The position numbers and the translations under genes are program-made. DNA of 62,606 nt, counting the filler, from Chiloscyllium plagiosum (taxonomy: Eukaryota), in the NCBI RefSeq assembly GCF_004010195.1. It is 3 parts of one record of this genome, joined end to end, with 100 filler letters (N's around TTAATTAATTAA, not from the genome) between each part and the next. Parts side by side here need not be neighbours in the genome. Positions count along the whole stretch, not along the records: positions 1 to 30,033 come from NC_057717.1; positions 30,134 to 56,643 come from NC_057717.1; 1 more part is not named here. One strand, given 5' to 3'. Positions within the stretch are counted from its first letter, which is position 1; every line of letters begins with the position of its first letter. The notes under the pieces are model-generated. The model was given only the letters and a program-made list of their open reading frames with translations. It was not told where the DNA came from and did not search any database. Positions 26,756 to 40,329 of this stretch are shown one piece after another.

Positions 26756-27344
26756 ATTGTTTTCAAATAATATTTGTGGAGTCATTTTCTCTCGGCACTG
26801 GTTTCACGGTTCAACTCCATTTCTGACTGGATGTGGCAGGACAGCAGAGCTTCGATCTGATATGTTTGTTTTGTCATCATGTTGCTCTCTTTATCCAATA
26901 TTCGTCCTGCTGTTTGGAATGTAAGTACAGTAGTCAGTGTGATAGCTTTAAATAGATTGTCATCAGTTTTAGGTACGCATGGTTCTGACTCTGGTATATT
27001 CATCCACAATCGTCAAAGAAACATCGTACCGATAATGGAAATAATAGACTGAAAGATTAGACTGGACAAAACGTTACAGGTTGTAACTGAATGCCATTCT
27101 CCTTCTGACCGGCTGTGATCTACAGTGCCACATGAATTTCCAGGTTTGAGTTGCAATTTCTGCAATGCAATTCAGCTGTCTGTCCCCCAGTTCACACCGA
27201 GACCCATTCACCCATCACCCCGTGACCTATCCTGTTCACTGATGTGGTAACACTTCAAATTTAATATTCTCATTCCTCTGAGTGTCTGCCCATGGTGTCA
27301 CAGCTCTCACCTGTCATATTTCTGAAAACCCCTAAAAACTTTCC

Positions 27345-27650
27345 GTGGGGCAGCACCATGGTTCAGTGGTTAGCGTTGCTGCCTCACAGCGGTGGGGACC
27401 CAGGTCCGATTCCAACCTCTGGCAACTGTCTTGCACATGTCTGTGTGAGATTTTCTCTACATGCTCTGGTTCCCTCCCACAATCCAAAAATGTGCAGGTT
27501 ATTTGCCTTGCTAAACTGCCTATAGTGTTCAGGAATGTGCAGGTTAGGTCCATTCGTCAGGGGTAAATATAGGACAGGGGAATGGGTCTGGTTGGTTTAG
27601 TCTTCAGAGGATCGGTGTGGACTTTTAGGGCCAAAGGGCCTGCTTCCAAT
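27345..27650 (+). mobile_element. HE1-type SINE present only in the left arm
   Basis: GGCAGCACCATGGTTCAGTGGTTAGCGTTGCTGCCTCACAGC head. The flanks are contiguous in the partner at ~57570-57660. Confidence 0.85.
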
Positions 27651-27899
27651 CGTGCCACTTTCGGTTTTAAAATTGTAACTGTTTCTCTCTGTTTCTCTCC
27701 ATGGCCTTGATTAAGAACTTTGTAGTGTCAATGATGCCAATCTTATGTAATTTCATAACCAATGAATTTGTACATCTTGCGTTATTGTTCACTTTCCAGT
27801 GTATGGTGCTCCATATTGGACAGAGAGTTTGAGCAACTTTGATAACAGAGGTAACGTTTCAAGTCCAGCTTGACCCTTGTTCAGAATTGATAAAGACGT

Positions 27900-28470
27900 T
27901 TTAATCTCTTGACAAAAGTGGACGAGGGATGATGGGAAACAGAACATGCGGAGGTGCAATGTCACAGAGGAGGGGCTTTTGATTGTGGTGAAAGAGAAAC
28001 AGATGTGAATTGGGTGTATATTAAAGTGTGAATGGGAGAAATGGCTTCTCTCTACTGAGTGCAATATAAACAAGACATAGACAAGGTCATAGGGAAACCA
28101 GGAAGCAGATTTTACGAATAATGGAGAACAGCCATAATGGGTTCAGACTGTGAAGTTATGGAAATGAATGTTAACTCCTACGGGCAGTAACGTAGAATGC
28201 GTAAAGTGAGGTGTTACTCGAGCTTGGTTGTGCTTCATCGGAACATTGCAGCAGCGCAGGACCGAAATGTCAGCATGATAGCAAGGAAAGTTATTGAAAT
28301 GGGAAGCAGTGCGAAGGTCAGCGTTATTCCTCCGGAAAGAGTGGGAATATTCCTCAGCGCAGTCTCTGTTTGGCCTAATCAGTATAAAGGAGACTGCATT
28401 GTGAGCAGCAATGACAGGAGAATGGATTGAAAGAGTACAAGTGAAATGTTGCTTCACCTGGGAGGTGTGA
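27900..28470 (-). mobile_element. Degenerate Penelope GIY-YIG region
   Basis: Minus strand KQHFTCT...ASHFN resembles the C-terminal endonuclease region seen at 44860-45120. Confidence 0.6.
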
Positions 28471-29849
28471 TTGAGTCAGTCTCCGCTGATCATATGTTCA
28501 GCCACATGCAGAAGATCTCCCTGAATGATTGAATAGAACCAGACATCTAAATTGAGGATTTCTGTCTCACATCTGGTCTGAGTCGTGATGTGGAATTGCA
28601 CCCAGAGGAAGGTCAATGGGTATGCATGGGCAGACATTCAAGCAGATATCCCATACTGCTCAGAAATTATTGTTTATGTTCGAAAAGAAGAACTCGAAAG
28701 AAGATGAACCACCCGTGGTTCACGAAGTCTGTCAAGGATACTATTCAATCACAAATTAACGAGCCCAGATTCAGGAAATTTATTTCAGGGACCAGAAGAA
28801 GATGGAAGATATGAATTTCAATTGTGCTTCCTAAATTACACCTTGAAACCCCTGCCATTGCTGCTCCATCCTCTTCCCTGCTTGTCTCCCCTTCCTGATT
28901 CCAGGTTCTCCCTCTCCAATCACAGAGAACATTCTCTCACATTTTGGTCCCTACCCACTACAACTGAAGTTCTTTGATCAAGTCTACCTTCTCTGCAGTA
29001 GCATCAAGCTCCGTTTGTGCTGCCACTTTGCCTCTGGTCTCAGTGTGGTTCGGCCTCTCCATTCATGCTGTTTTACACCACCCACTCACATCTCACTCCG
29101 GAAAGTTTCCTTCTTCGAGTAAACTTTATTGAAAACCCGTCTTCCCCTTTGCACTGAATAATCCGAAGTTCAAAAAGTATTCTCAGCCTTCATCTCACTG
29201 TGCTAAAGGCAACTGCACGCTGACCGTGTGGTGTAACAATCCCCTTACTGATATAGCTCTGGTCAGAGAAACGTTTTCACTGTAGAGATCATCACCCCCT
29301 TGACACAAAGGAATTTATTTTCTTGACGTCTTATTGGCACTAGTAAGAGTTTCACGCTGCCTTAGTATTGTAACATGGAGAAAAACAAATCACAGTATAA
29401 AGTTTGGGCTGAGTCATTTTTTAAAAATATTGTTTCAAATTTGCAATGCTTATTAGTGAATGTTTGTTCTTGAAGTTAGTATCAAATGGAATGGAGGACG
29501 TTGAGAGGTGACATTCAGGAAGTTAATAAAATCATGGGAGGCATGGATAAGGTGAATTGTCAAGGTCTTTTCCACACGATAGGGGAGGCCAACCAGAAAG
29601 CATACAGCTTTAAGGTGAAAAGGGGAAGATTTAACAGGAACAAATCGGCAACTTTTTCACGAAGAGGAGGTGTGTGTATGGAATGAGCTGCCAGATGAGC
29701 TGGTAGATTCAAGTACAGCGACAACATTTAAACGACATTTGGACAAACATATGAATGGGAAGCATTTAAAGGCATGTGGAACAAATGCAATCAGATGAGA
29801 CTAGTTTAGTGTGGAAAACCTGGTCAGCATAGACAGGTTGGATAGAATG

Positions 29850-30230
29850 TTTGTGGAGAAAGTGAGGACTGCAGATGCGGGAGATCAGAGCTGAATATGT
29901 GTTGCTGGAAAAGCACACCAGGTCAGGCAGCATCCAAGGAACAGGAGAATTGACGTTTCGGGCATAAGCCCTTCTTCAGGAATGAGGAAAGTGTGTCCAG
30001 TAGGCTAAGATAAAAGGTAGGGAGGAGGGACTTNNNNNNNNNNNNNNNNNNNNNNNNNNNNNNNNNNNNNNNNNNNNTTAATTAATTAANNNNNNNNNNN
30101 NNNNNNNNNNNNNNNNNNNNNNNNNNNNNNNNNGGACCAGTTCAGTCAGTCGAAGGAGGGTGTCGGTGGAAGGGTACTGGTTGGTACGGCGGGAAAGGAA
30201 GAAGCGGAGGACTTTAAGTCCTTCGTGATG
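29850..30230 (-). mobile_element. Penelope fragment with hammerhead-ribozyme-like core, spans a gap
   Basis: Minus strand 29983-29948 reads ATTC-CTGAAGA-A-GGGC-TTAT-GCCC-GAAA-C-GTC. RT remnant HHEGLKVLRFFLSRRTNQYPSTDTLLRLTELV. Confidence 0.85.
30078..30089. other. Scaffolding linker TTAATTAATTAA inside an N gap (also 56688-56699)
   Basis: The identical 12-mer, with stops in all six frames, is centred in two separate N runs; assembly artefact. Confidence 0.95.
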
Positions 30231-33200
30231 GGGGATGGAGGTGTACAGGCGTTGGAATGTTTGTGCGCAATATGACTGTATGAATCTAGAAAGCGAGGGG
30301 AAAGCAAGAAATATACGGAAGAAGGATGAAAAGATATGATGTAAATAAATGGGCAAGAAATATGAAAACTAGCATCACAAGTTTTTCTGTGTGTATATAA
30401 AAAGTTTGAAGATGGTGTGTGACATTTGGTACAAAGAAAGTCAGGAAAGTGTATTGAGGACATTCGGAGGGTGTGACTGGGGAACTGGCTACAGGGAACA
30501 GGCAGATAATGTACACCAGTATTTGACATAAATCCTCACAGGGAAGGCACTGTAAGTATTTTAAGATCATCAAGAAAATGGTAATAGGAGGGTTCTCGAA
30601 CTGTCTCCAACAAAAGGTACAAGGTTTTTAACAACAAATAAAACTAAGGAAAGGCTGGTCAGCAGTAATTCATAATTGGCTTTAAAAGTAGTGGTTAGAG
30701 TGACTGGTGCCACTGTGTGAAATATTCTATAACTCCCTGGATTACAGAAGTGTTCCAGCGAAACTCGTAAAGCTCCAATATGGCGCCTGTTTTCAAGGAT
30801 AGAGCGAGACAGAAAGCAGGAACCATTTAGCCTAACCATTATTGCTGGGAATCGACGACAGTATTTTATTAAGAAAGGAATTGCAGGGCATTCAGAAAAG
30901 GTTCAGGCAGAGTCAGCATGATTTTGCGAAAGGGAAACTATATTTTGCCTTGTAAAATCATGCAAAGGATTTTTGGAGATCCCTGAGAATGTGACAAGCA
31001 GACTTGATAAAGAGGAACTAGTAGACATGAGGCTTTCCAGAGATTTTCCACAAGGTATCACAAAGTAAAGGCTCTTCCACCAGACAAAAACTCATAGTAT
31101 GACGGATAATATATTAGCATGGGATGACGGATGGTTATCACATAGAAATTGGAGAGTCAGGATTCATCGGTCTTTATGATAAAGACAAATCTTCTGGTGT
31201 AGCACCAATATCAGTCCAATGGTTTCAGTTATTTACATCTATACTGAGAGCCTGAAGGAGGGAGCTGAGTGCAATAAACATCCGAATTTGAGGATGACAC
31301 TGACAACCAAAATGCAGGCTGTTATTTCATGAAGAGGAGTCCCAACAAAGGAGCAGTATAAAGGGATTGGAATGTTCCTGCGCATTAAACATAACGTCAG
31401 CATGCTGATGCAGAAAGTAACTAGATTGGAACATTAAGCCGGTTTCTGGGATGAAAGGATTGAATTATTGAGTATATCAAAAATGGTGAGGCAATTATTC
31501 ATTGTGCTTGAAATGAATGAGCGTGACATTACTGAAATGGACAAGATACAGAGGGGGATTGACAAGGTATTTGTTGAGAATGTGGTTCCACACTTGGGCA
31601 AAGTATCTCACTCCGGGATATTGATACAGAATAAGGGATATCGATTTTAAACTGAGATGTAAAGAAATGTCATCTTCCAGAAGATAGTGAATGTCTGCAA
31701 TTCCCGATCCCAGAGAGATGTGGAAGCTGAGTCACTGAATGTTTTTACAGACAGGGTGGATTGGTTTCGGACATAAAAGCGAGTTGAGAGATACGAGGGA
31801 TAACAGGAAAGTGGAGTTGAGCCAGCCTGGATTCTACAAGTACATTTTCGAAATAAGACCTAACCATCAGCGTGGCCTCGATCTGCTCCTGTGTAGCAAG
31901 TCCGAAGTGCTGAATAGAACATCGGGTAAGGAGACAAAATAACAACGTCACACCCCAGATGAGATTATTTATTATTTTCTCAGTGTTGTGAGACTTTGGA
32001 TATCTCTTCCCGCAGAGCATTGGAGGCAGAGATATTGAATATTTTTGAGGCACAGACAGAAGGTTCGTAGATAACAATGGAGTCACGGATTATGGGGCAG
32101 GAATGTGCAGTGTGGGGGAAATGCTGGCAGTAGTACAAAATGACACTGGTCCAAAACACCCAGGAACATAATGCAAAGCAGATGATAAGGTCGATAAATA
32201 AAATAAATGCAAAAGTGATAGAATAAAGTTCCAAAGGACCATGGGGCTACTCTGTCATGAGAGAGAGACCACTCGTGGTGGTTTAACTTGAGGGTCAGCA
32301 CACCTAAGGTGTTGGGGTGAGGTTAAGAGAGCGTCCTCTTCATAGTAACCTCTGTCAGTGTGGGGGAATTGAACCTGCGCTGGTGTCCTCCCTCTGCATC
32401 ACAAACCAGCCATCCAGCCAAATGAGTGGCAGACTGTGTAACTGTTACAGACAGAAACAGCCACAGACAAAGGACAATAGAAACTTTCATAACAAGGGAA
32501 AAAGTTACAACTCAGATAATGGTCAAGATAACGGCTGATGATAAAAATGTGCTCTGCTAGAAATTGTATTTTATAACGAGACAAGTGTTTTGAAGCTGTC
32601 TTTGGCTGAATAAAATAAGGTGAGACAAGTGAAATAACCAGAATACTAATTGTTATTGCTTACCGATAACTATAAAGTAAGTGTAGAATTTGGTCAGTCT
32701 GTATAAAATGAGCTTATCATTGCTTAAATGTATACACCTGATGCAATATATTGTTTGGAATCTCCGTCCCCGTGGGAAATGCCCTCGAACAGGCCCCTGA
32801 AGAAAACCGGGGTAAAAGTGCCTGAGTGTCGTCTGGTCAGTGACAGGAACCCAAGGGGTTGAATAACTGAAAGTTCCTGCAACATGGAGCTGAGAAAACC
32901 ATCAAATAATCCGCAATCTTATTATATGCTAGAACACATTTGAAGGGTTGATTGGCCTCATGATGGATTTTAATAGTATGTGATTTGAATAACATGCATC
33001 TCTACTCCTTCCCTTTATACGTTACATACTGGTGCGTTGACATTTTCTTGTAAACGGAAATTACTTGGAACATTTTCGGGAACATCCCATAATCGGCATT
33101 CTCCAGAATATTCTATCACCGTGTGAGGGTAATGGAAAGGCGAGAGAGAAAGAGAGAAGGAGGAAAGGCGCTGCATATAGCAGTGAGAGTGATGGAGCAT

Positions 33201-34645
33201 GAGCCTTATTCGGGTAGGTGCTTTAACACATATACAGTGTTTATAGTGTGGGGGTAAAGTGGCGAGAGAGAGAGAGAAGGTGCTGCATGCAGCAGTGAGA
33301 GTGGTGGAGCATGAGCCTTGTTCGGGGGTAGATGCTATAACAGATTTCAATGAGTGTGCTGGAGCAGAGAGAAGACTGTGACCCTTATCCTGGCAGACTG
33401 CTTGTCCTGTATTGTTGGACATTCAGACCGCAGATCCTGCACTGAGCTGGATGGTGAGCTCACACCACTGTGCAGGGCAGTTCCAAACTGAGAAATCTCA
33501 ACCTTTTGCCAATTGGCCTTTTAAAGATGGTACCAGTGCTAGGGATCACGGAATATCCATGGGGCATCCAAGAGATTATGTTTACCTCCAGCCATGAAGG
33601 CTGGGAGAATTAGGCTGGCATTGAATGATAGGTACATCGTGGGGTGGTGTGGGTAGTTAATGAGGTGAGTTCGATAAGATAGCACCAGGAAACGAACTCG
33701 GCCTCGTACAGATAATCCCTCAGTAACACTCAATGAAAATGGCACTGAGATAAATTATTGTTAGTTTCTGCCCAATGAGTTGAGAAATCTGCTGACTCCA
33801 CGCCCAGTTACAAAGCTGAAGAACAAATGCTCACCCAAAACTCTCCATCATCCGAATTCACACCAATATCCCACTCACCCATCATTCATGGGATTACTGG
33901 CTCACGTTGCAGGATGCTGTCAAAATATCTTCAATTCAGCATTCTGAAACCTGTCATCATCCATGAAGTTGCCTCTCAATCTCCCTTTCCCTTTTTCCCC
34001 CAAATTATTTTGTTTGCTGATATTTAAACTGGCTCCCCCGCCATCTCTCTCTGGCAGTGAAGTCCACACCCACAGCATCCAGTGTCATGGCACAATGGAC
34101 AAATGGGGCTGTAACTGGATGGGAGCTGCACATTCTGTCACTTTCAGCACGGGCTGCAGGTTTCCTCACTATGGGCAGTGATCTAACACAGTGTTACTGA
34201 GTAATATACTGGGTGATGAAAACAGCTGCTTTGATGGTAACTACTCCTGGTCTATAGAGCAAGACACTGGTGTGGGCTGCATATCACCCCATGCTGGACA
34301 GACCGTTTCGTCTATCTTTCTGAATCAGTGCATCGGTGTGTACTGTACTGCTCCACGTGTTGGACAGATAGCTAGTGGACTGGAGAGACCTGTGCTATAT
34401 TCCATCCTGGACTGATTGCTGGGTTGTACTGAACCTGGTATGCACAGTGCTCCATGTTGAGCAGATATCTCATCTGGGGTTATACAGTATGGGCTGGATC
34501 TGTGAGGTGGATTAACTATGCGACATAATTCCTGATAGAGCTATCACTCCTCTAGCATGGCGCATTCCGCTGTTAAATCCTGTGTTTCTGCAACATGTTG
34601 TTCATTAAGTAATTAGCCAATTAAAATGTGAATATCAGTCCTTTT

Positions 34646-34895
34646 TGTTATGGAACTGAGCAGACACATCTCAAAATATATGATGAAGTTAGTCTTGACC
34701 GGAACATTTTCTTATTTTAAAGATAAATGTGAGGTGCTGTGTTTCAGATGCAATTTCCTTGTTCAAAATATTCGACATTAAGCAAACCACAATTCATTCA
34801 ACCACTGTTGACAAAACACAAAAAAAGCAGAATAATAGATTACTTAACTACTAAGCAAGAACTGTTCCAATATGGTAACATCCGATAAACACACA
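34646..34895 (-). mobile_element. Partial LTR, same family as 22450-22939
   Basis: Starts TGTTATGGAACTGAGCAGAC; aligns to the reverse complement of the 22660-22939 LTR end. Confidence 0.6.
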
Positions 34896-35894
34896 GTAAT
34901 TTGTTTTTCACTTCAGGGGAATTACAACCATAGACAGTACGTCAGATGTGGCCTCAGCAACGGCCTGTACAGATGCAGTGAAACATCCTTAAGATCAGCC
35001 CCAACTCTCTTTGCAAGAAAAAGTATCATTTCATTTAATTTTCCAATCACGTGCTGCCTGTACAGACTAACTTCATGTGATTTATTTAGCAGAACACACG
35101 AATCCATTTGTACCACGGAGTTCTGCATTCTGCCTCCAATTATATAATTTATGGTCGTTTTATGCTTCTTCCCAAATAGAAAGTTCCCATCACCCACAAT
35201 GTACTGTTTTTATTTTGGCGAAGATTTACTCACTGCCCTCCCCTGTCTGTATTCCATTGCAGACGTCCTGTCTCCACATGAAATCTTGCTGAATGACTAT
35301 CCTGGTGTATGTGCAAACTGAGCTCCAACCCACTCAGCCCCTTCATCCAAATCATTGTAAACTGTTGATGACCTCACATTAATTCCTGAGGAATTCTACT
35401 AGTTACAGCTTTCCAACCTCAAACTAAGTAATTATTTCTACTCTGTATTTACTGGTAGCGGACCAGGGCTCTTCTGTTCCTGTTTAACAGCCTAGAAAGG
35501 TTGCATGGCCTCCTGCGATACTGTGGAGCTGATTGTCGATTTGTTTCTGATCTCAGCGATCCTCCGTTCGGGCCATTTGTTGTCAGATGATCAGGTGGAG
35601 TTCGTACTGTCAATGATCCTGATCCCTGAGGGTTTAAATGACGAGCACAGAATACAGATTAACATTTGAGGGAATCGCTATCCGGTCAAAAATGCTGTCT
35701 TTCTGACTGCAACTTCTGATGCAGTCATGTGCTCAATTTTGATCTTCAGACACTGAGGAGGGGGTGAGTTCCTATTAGCCTGATGAACATGCGTCCCCTT
35801 AACAACACAACCAATAATCTCCATTATTAATTTCATTTTTGGCTGTTGTGTTTAAAATTGCTGCAGTCACTACACATTAAAGTAAGCGATTGTC

Positions 35895-38800
35895 TTTTAG
35901 AGGTGACCTAAGAGAGGTTTATAAAATCATGAGAAGCATGGATAGGGTAAATAGGCAAGGTATTTTCTCTGAGGTAATTTAGTCCATAACTAGAGGGCAT
36001 AGGTTTAGGGTGAGAGGGGACATAGATAAAAGAGACCTAAGGGCAACTCTTTCATGCAGAGTGTGGTACGTGTTTGGAATGAGCTGCCAGAGGAAGTAGT
36101 GGAGGCTGGTACAATTGCAACATTTAAAAGGCATCTGAATAGGAATATGAATAGGAGGTGTTTGGAGGGATATGGTAGGTGGGACTAGATTGGATTTGGA
36201 TATGTGGTCAGCATGGGTGTGTTGGTCCGAAAGGTCTGTTTCCGTGCTGCACATCTCTCGGATTCTATGACTGTATTACCCAGTTTTCACTGTTTCTTGG
36301 GGATGAGAATACCACAGACTGCTCAACCCTAAGGAGATAAGAACATCCTTATCTCAATCTTAAATGGTAGAAACTCGAAATTTAGAAGTGTATGAACCTC
36401 ACAGCAAGTCAGCCCCCCATTTTAAAAACGAGGGCACAACAAATAGGAAAGACATAGTCCATTCAGCCCCTCAAACCTACCCCACATTCCCATTGACTCT
36501 GTCCAGGAAAGTATTCTTCAAAATCAGCCTTCACTTTTCTCTTGGGTAGACATTTCTTATAGTGTAAACCATAGAGCGTATGAAATTGGTGCAGAACTAG
36601 ACTGTTTGCTCCATCAAGTATGTTTTCTGTTCAATCATGGCTAACATGTTTCTCAAAAAAATTCTCCTGCCTTCTCACTGTAACCTTGATCCCCTTATCA
36701 ATTAAAACGTATCCATCTCTGTCTAAAAGGCAGAACTGTGTCTCAGTCTCTATGTCTGTATACGTGTGTGTGTTTCAGCTTATTGGAAGGAGGCAGAGGG
36801 TTGTGGAGGATGGTTGTCTTTGGGACAGGAGGCCTGTGACCAGCGGCATTCAACAGGGATTAGTACTGGATCCACTTTTGGTTGTCATTTATATCAGTGA
36901 CTTAGATGAGAATTTTGCAATGTATGTCGAGCAAGTTTACAGATGGCGCCAAGTTTACTTAAATATTGGAAAGTGAAGAAGGTTAAATAATATTACAAAG
37001 AGATCTTTTTTTTAATAGGATCAATGAACCAAAGAAATTTACAGCACAGAAACTGACCCTTTAGTCAAACTCATTCTGGCCAACCAGACGTCATAAATCA
37101 ACTTAGTTTCATTTTCCAGAATTTGTAATGTATCCCTCTAAACCATTCCAATTCATGACCCCATCCAGATGCGTTTTAAATGTTGTAATTGTACCATCCT
37201 CCACCACTTCGTCTGGCAGCTCACTGCATACATAAACCATGTGTGAAAATGGTACCCTTAGGACCCATTTAAATATTGGCCATCTCACTTAATTCTATGT
37301 CCACTAGTTGTGGACTTCGCTACACTGGGGTAAAAACTTTCTGGATCAAAAACACCAATCATTCTTTCCCACCTGTAACGTTTGACTGCCCACTTCTTAA
37401 AACCACGAAATGATACAAGTCAGCTGATTGCTCTCCAGCCTTTCTTCCCCAGTATTGTCATTCACTGGGCTGAGGAGTGGCAGATGGAGTTTAATTTCAA
37501 TAAATCAATGTATCGCAATTTCGTAAAACAAGCAATGAGAGAATATACACAATTCAATGTCCAGCCATTGGTAACATTGTAAAACAGAGAGATCTCGGGG
37601 TTCTGATATATTTCTTTGAAGTTTGCATCATGTGTCGGCAGGTTGGTTATGAAGGCGTTTGGCTTGCTGATCTTCATTGCTCAGACCTTTGAGTACGGGA
37701 ACTGAACATTATATTTAGGTTGTGCTGAACACACGTAAGGTCTCTCCTGAAGTACTGTATGCAGTTCTGGTCACCCAGTTACATTGAGGATATGATTAAA
37801 CTGGAGATGGTTCAGACAAAGATTTACCAGGCTGTTGCTGGGAATGGAGTGTTTAAGTGTAAGGAAAGGCTCGATGGACTGGGACCTGTTCCACTGCAGC
37901 ATAGATCTTTGAGACCTTATGAACCTTATAGAGGTTTATAAAACAATGAAGGGTATAGATAATGTTGAATGGCAGGAGCCCTTTCCTTCGGGTGGTGGAC
38001 TTCTAGATAAGGGGGTAATTTTAAGATGACAGGAGAACGTTTACTGAAGATACAGTGTCATAGAGCTGTCCAGCATGGAAACACACTCTTCTATCCAACT
38101 CGATCCGCCAAACAGATGCCCTGCATTAATGTAGTTCCATTAATTGCTCCCCTATCCCCCTAAACACTTCCTTTTCATGTGCCCATCCAGATGTCTTTTA
38201 ACTGTTGTAATTGTCCCTGCCTCCACAACTTGCTCTGGCAGCGCGTTACATGGAAAGCACCCTTTCTTTGAAAACGTTGCCCCTTAGATCCCTTTTAAGT
38301 CTTTCCCCACTGACCTTCAAACTTTCTCCTCTAGCTTTGGAAACGGCTACCCTGGGAAAACGACCCAGGGTATTGACACTATTCAATCCACTTGTGAGTA
38401 TATAAACCTCTATGATCGCTTCTCAACCGCCGACGCTGCAGGAAAAATATCCCCAGCATATTCAGCCTCTCCATAAATCTCAAAACATCCAACCCTGGCA
38501 ATATTTTTGCAATTTTTTTCTGAATCCTTTCAGGTTTCACACATCCTTTCTCAAAGAGCGAGACCGTAATTGCACGAAGTATTAAATAGTGGCCGAACCA
38601 ATGTCCTGTACAGTCGCAATATGACCTTCCAACTCTTACATTCAATGCACTGTCCAAAAGCGACAAGCATATCAAACACCTTCTTTACTATCCTATATAC
38701 CTGCACTCCAAGGCGTCTTTGTTTAACAACGCTCCCCAGGATATCAACATTAAATGTACAAGCCAAGCCCTGATTTTCCTTTCCAAACTGCAGCACTTCA

Positions 38801-39480
38801 CATTTATCTAAATTAAACTCCATCTGCAACTCGTCAGCCCATTGGTCCATCTGATCAAGTTCCCGTTATACTCTGTGGTAATCATTTTCTCTGTCCACTG
38901 CACCTTCAATTTTGGTGTCAAATATGAGCTTACTGACCATGCCTCCTGTGTTCACATCCAAATTATTTATGTAAATGATGAACAGCAGTGGAACCAGCAC
39001 CAATCTTTGTGGCACACCACTGGTCACAGGCCTCCAGTCTGAAAAACAACGCTGCACCACGACCATCAGTCTTCTACATTGAGGCAGTTCTGTATCCAAA
39101 TGGCTCGTTCTCCTTGCATTACATGAGATCTCACAATGCTAACCAGTTTTTCATGGGGAACCTTGTCGAATGCCTTACTGAAGTCAATATAGGTCACATC
39201 CACTGCTCTGCCCTCATCAATGTTTTTTGTTACATCTTCAAGAAAAAGTAATCCAGTTCGTAAGACATGATCGCCCATGCACAAAGCCATGTTGACTTTC
39301 CTTTATCAGTCCTTGCCTTTCCAAATACATGTAAATCCTGTCGTTACGATTCTCTCCAACAGCTTGCCCACCACCGAAGTCAGGCTCACTAGTCTATTGT
39401 TCCCTCGCTTTTCCTTGCCAGTTTGTTTAATAATGGCACCACGTTAGTCAGCCTCATAACTTCCAGCAACTCAAATGGTC
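35895..39480. mobile_element. Cluster of CR1 fragments on both strands
   Basis: Plus: 35895-36275 (3' end), 36780-37020 (VTSGIQQGLVLDPLL), 37465-38045. Minus: 37030-37335 and 38055-39470 (YIDFSKAFDKVPH, VTSGVPQ, WADELQMEFNLDKC). Confidence 0.85.
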
Positions 39481-40199
39481 CAAGCGCAGGAACGTGGGAC
39501 TACTTTAGTTTGAGATTATCGTTAGCATTGAGCGTATGGGCTGATAGGTCCGTTTTCAAACCCCCTGTATAACTCTATGGTTCCATGGGTGTTTGTATGT
39601 CCAAGTATGCATCTGCATATTTCTGTCCGCGTTTGTCGATTTGTGTGTGTCTATATGTGTATCTATCTCTCAGTTGTGTATTAGTGTGCATATGTATATT
39701 TGCATCTCTATCTCTGCACCTGTATGCAATGGGAAATGCATTGTTTTAGGGTGGATCATTGAATGGGGTTCAAAGCCTCCCTTCCTCAAGAGTGTATTGC
39801 TGAAAAAGAACAACCGTTCAGGCAGCATACAAGGGGCACCGAATGCATTTACAGACGGGGTCGATTGGCTTTTGACATATCAGCGAGTTTAGGGATGCAA
39901 GGGATTAGGAGGAAAGTGGAGTCGAGCCCTGGAGTAGATCAGCCATGCTCTTATTGAATGATAGTGCAGAATGGCCTACTCCTGCTCCCATTCCTTATCT
40001 TCTCATGTTATGCTTTTGGAAAGTAACTGGTTATATTCCTGGAAGTCGTGTTGTACAGTGCTGCATTCCAGGAGAGCAGACGATTTGTTTGGGTTAACCC
40101 TGAGTGGTGTATGGGAGCTAAATTCCCAGTGAATCGGTGTCTGAAACATGACCCACATCTGGAGCAGAAGTTACAGAAAGGGGAAGCCTGGAAAGAGGG

Positions 40200-40329
40200 A
40201 TTGGGGGTGGCGGGGTCACTTCCGAAACTACACCTAACCGTCAGAGTGGTCTCGATCTGCTTCTGTGTAGCAGATCCGAAGGGCTGAATGGAACATCAGA
40301 ACATAGGGCTGCGGGACACGAGCGTGAGT
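40200..40329 (+). promoter_or_regulatory. Candidate promoter and first exon ending at a 5' splice donor
   Basis: GC box GGGGGTGGCGGGG (40203-40215), ETS-type CACTTCCG (40217-40224), MYB-type TAACCGTCA (40235-40243), donor C|GTGAGT at 40324. The paralog at 31855-31931 ends G|GTAAGG. Confidence 0.4.

Larger units (their letters stand above)
25700..27850 (+). repeat. Left-arm block of the inverted duplication (partner 57390-58880)
   Basis: The SINE/LINE junction CCATCTCCACATGGGGACCTATCGGAAACC and the unique sequence GTTCACACCGAGACCCATTCACCCATCA both occur reverse-complemented in the right arm. Includes a minus-strand LINE RT piece (KGMGLDTIPAIELKTCA). Confidence 0.9.
28480..34520 (+). repeat. 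Amplicon copy 3: paralog of 4740-9790 plus the 3' block shared with copy 4
   Basis: Collinear matches to 4740-7440, 2370-3292, 8530-9775 and 42660-43240. The GA-rich head is internally duplicated (33120-33245 and 33246-33345). Confidence 0.9.

Noticed and set aside
32722..32877. Minus-strand peptide ...FFRGLFEGISHG..., resembling an antimicrobial peptide
   Set aside because: The paralogs (copies 1 and 2) have a stop or frameshift and different residues in this frame, and no signal-peptide exon is evident.
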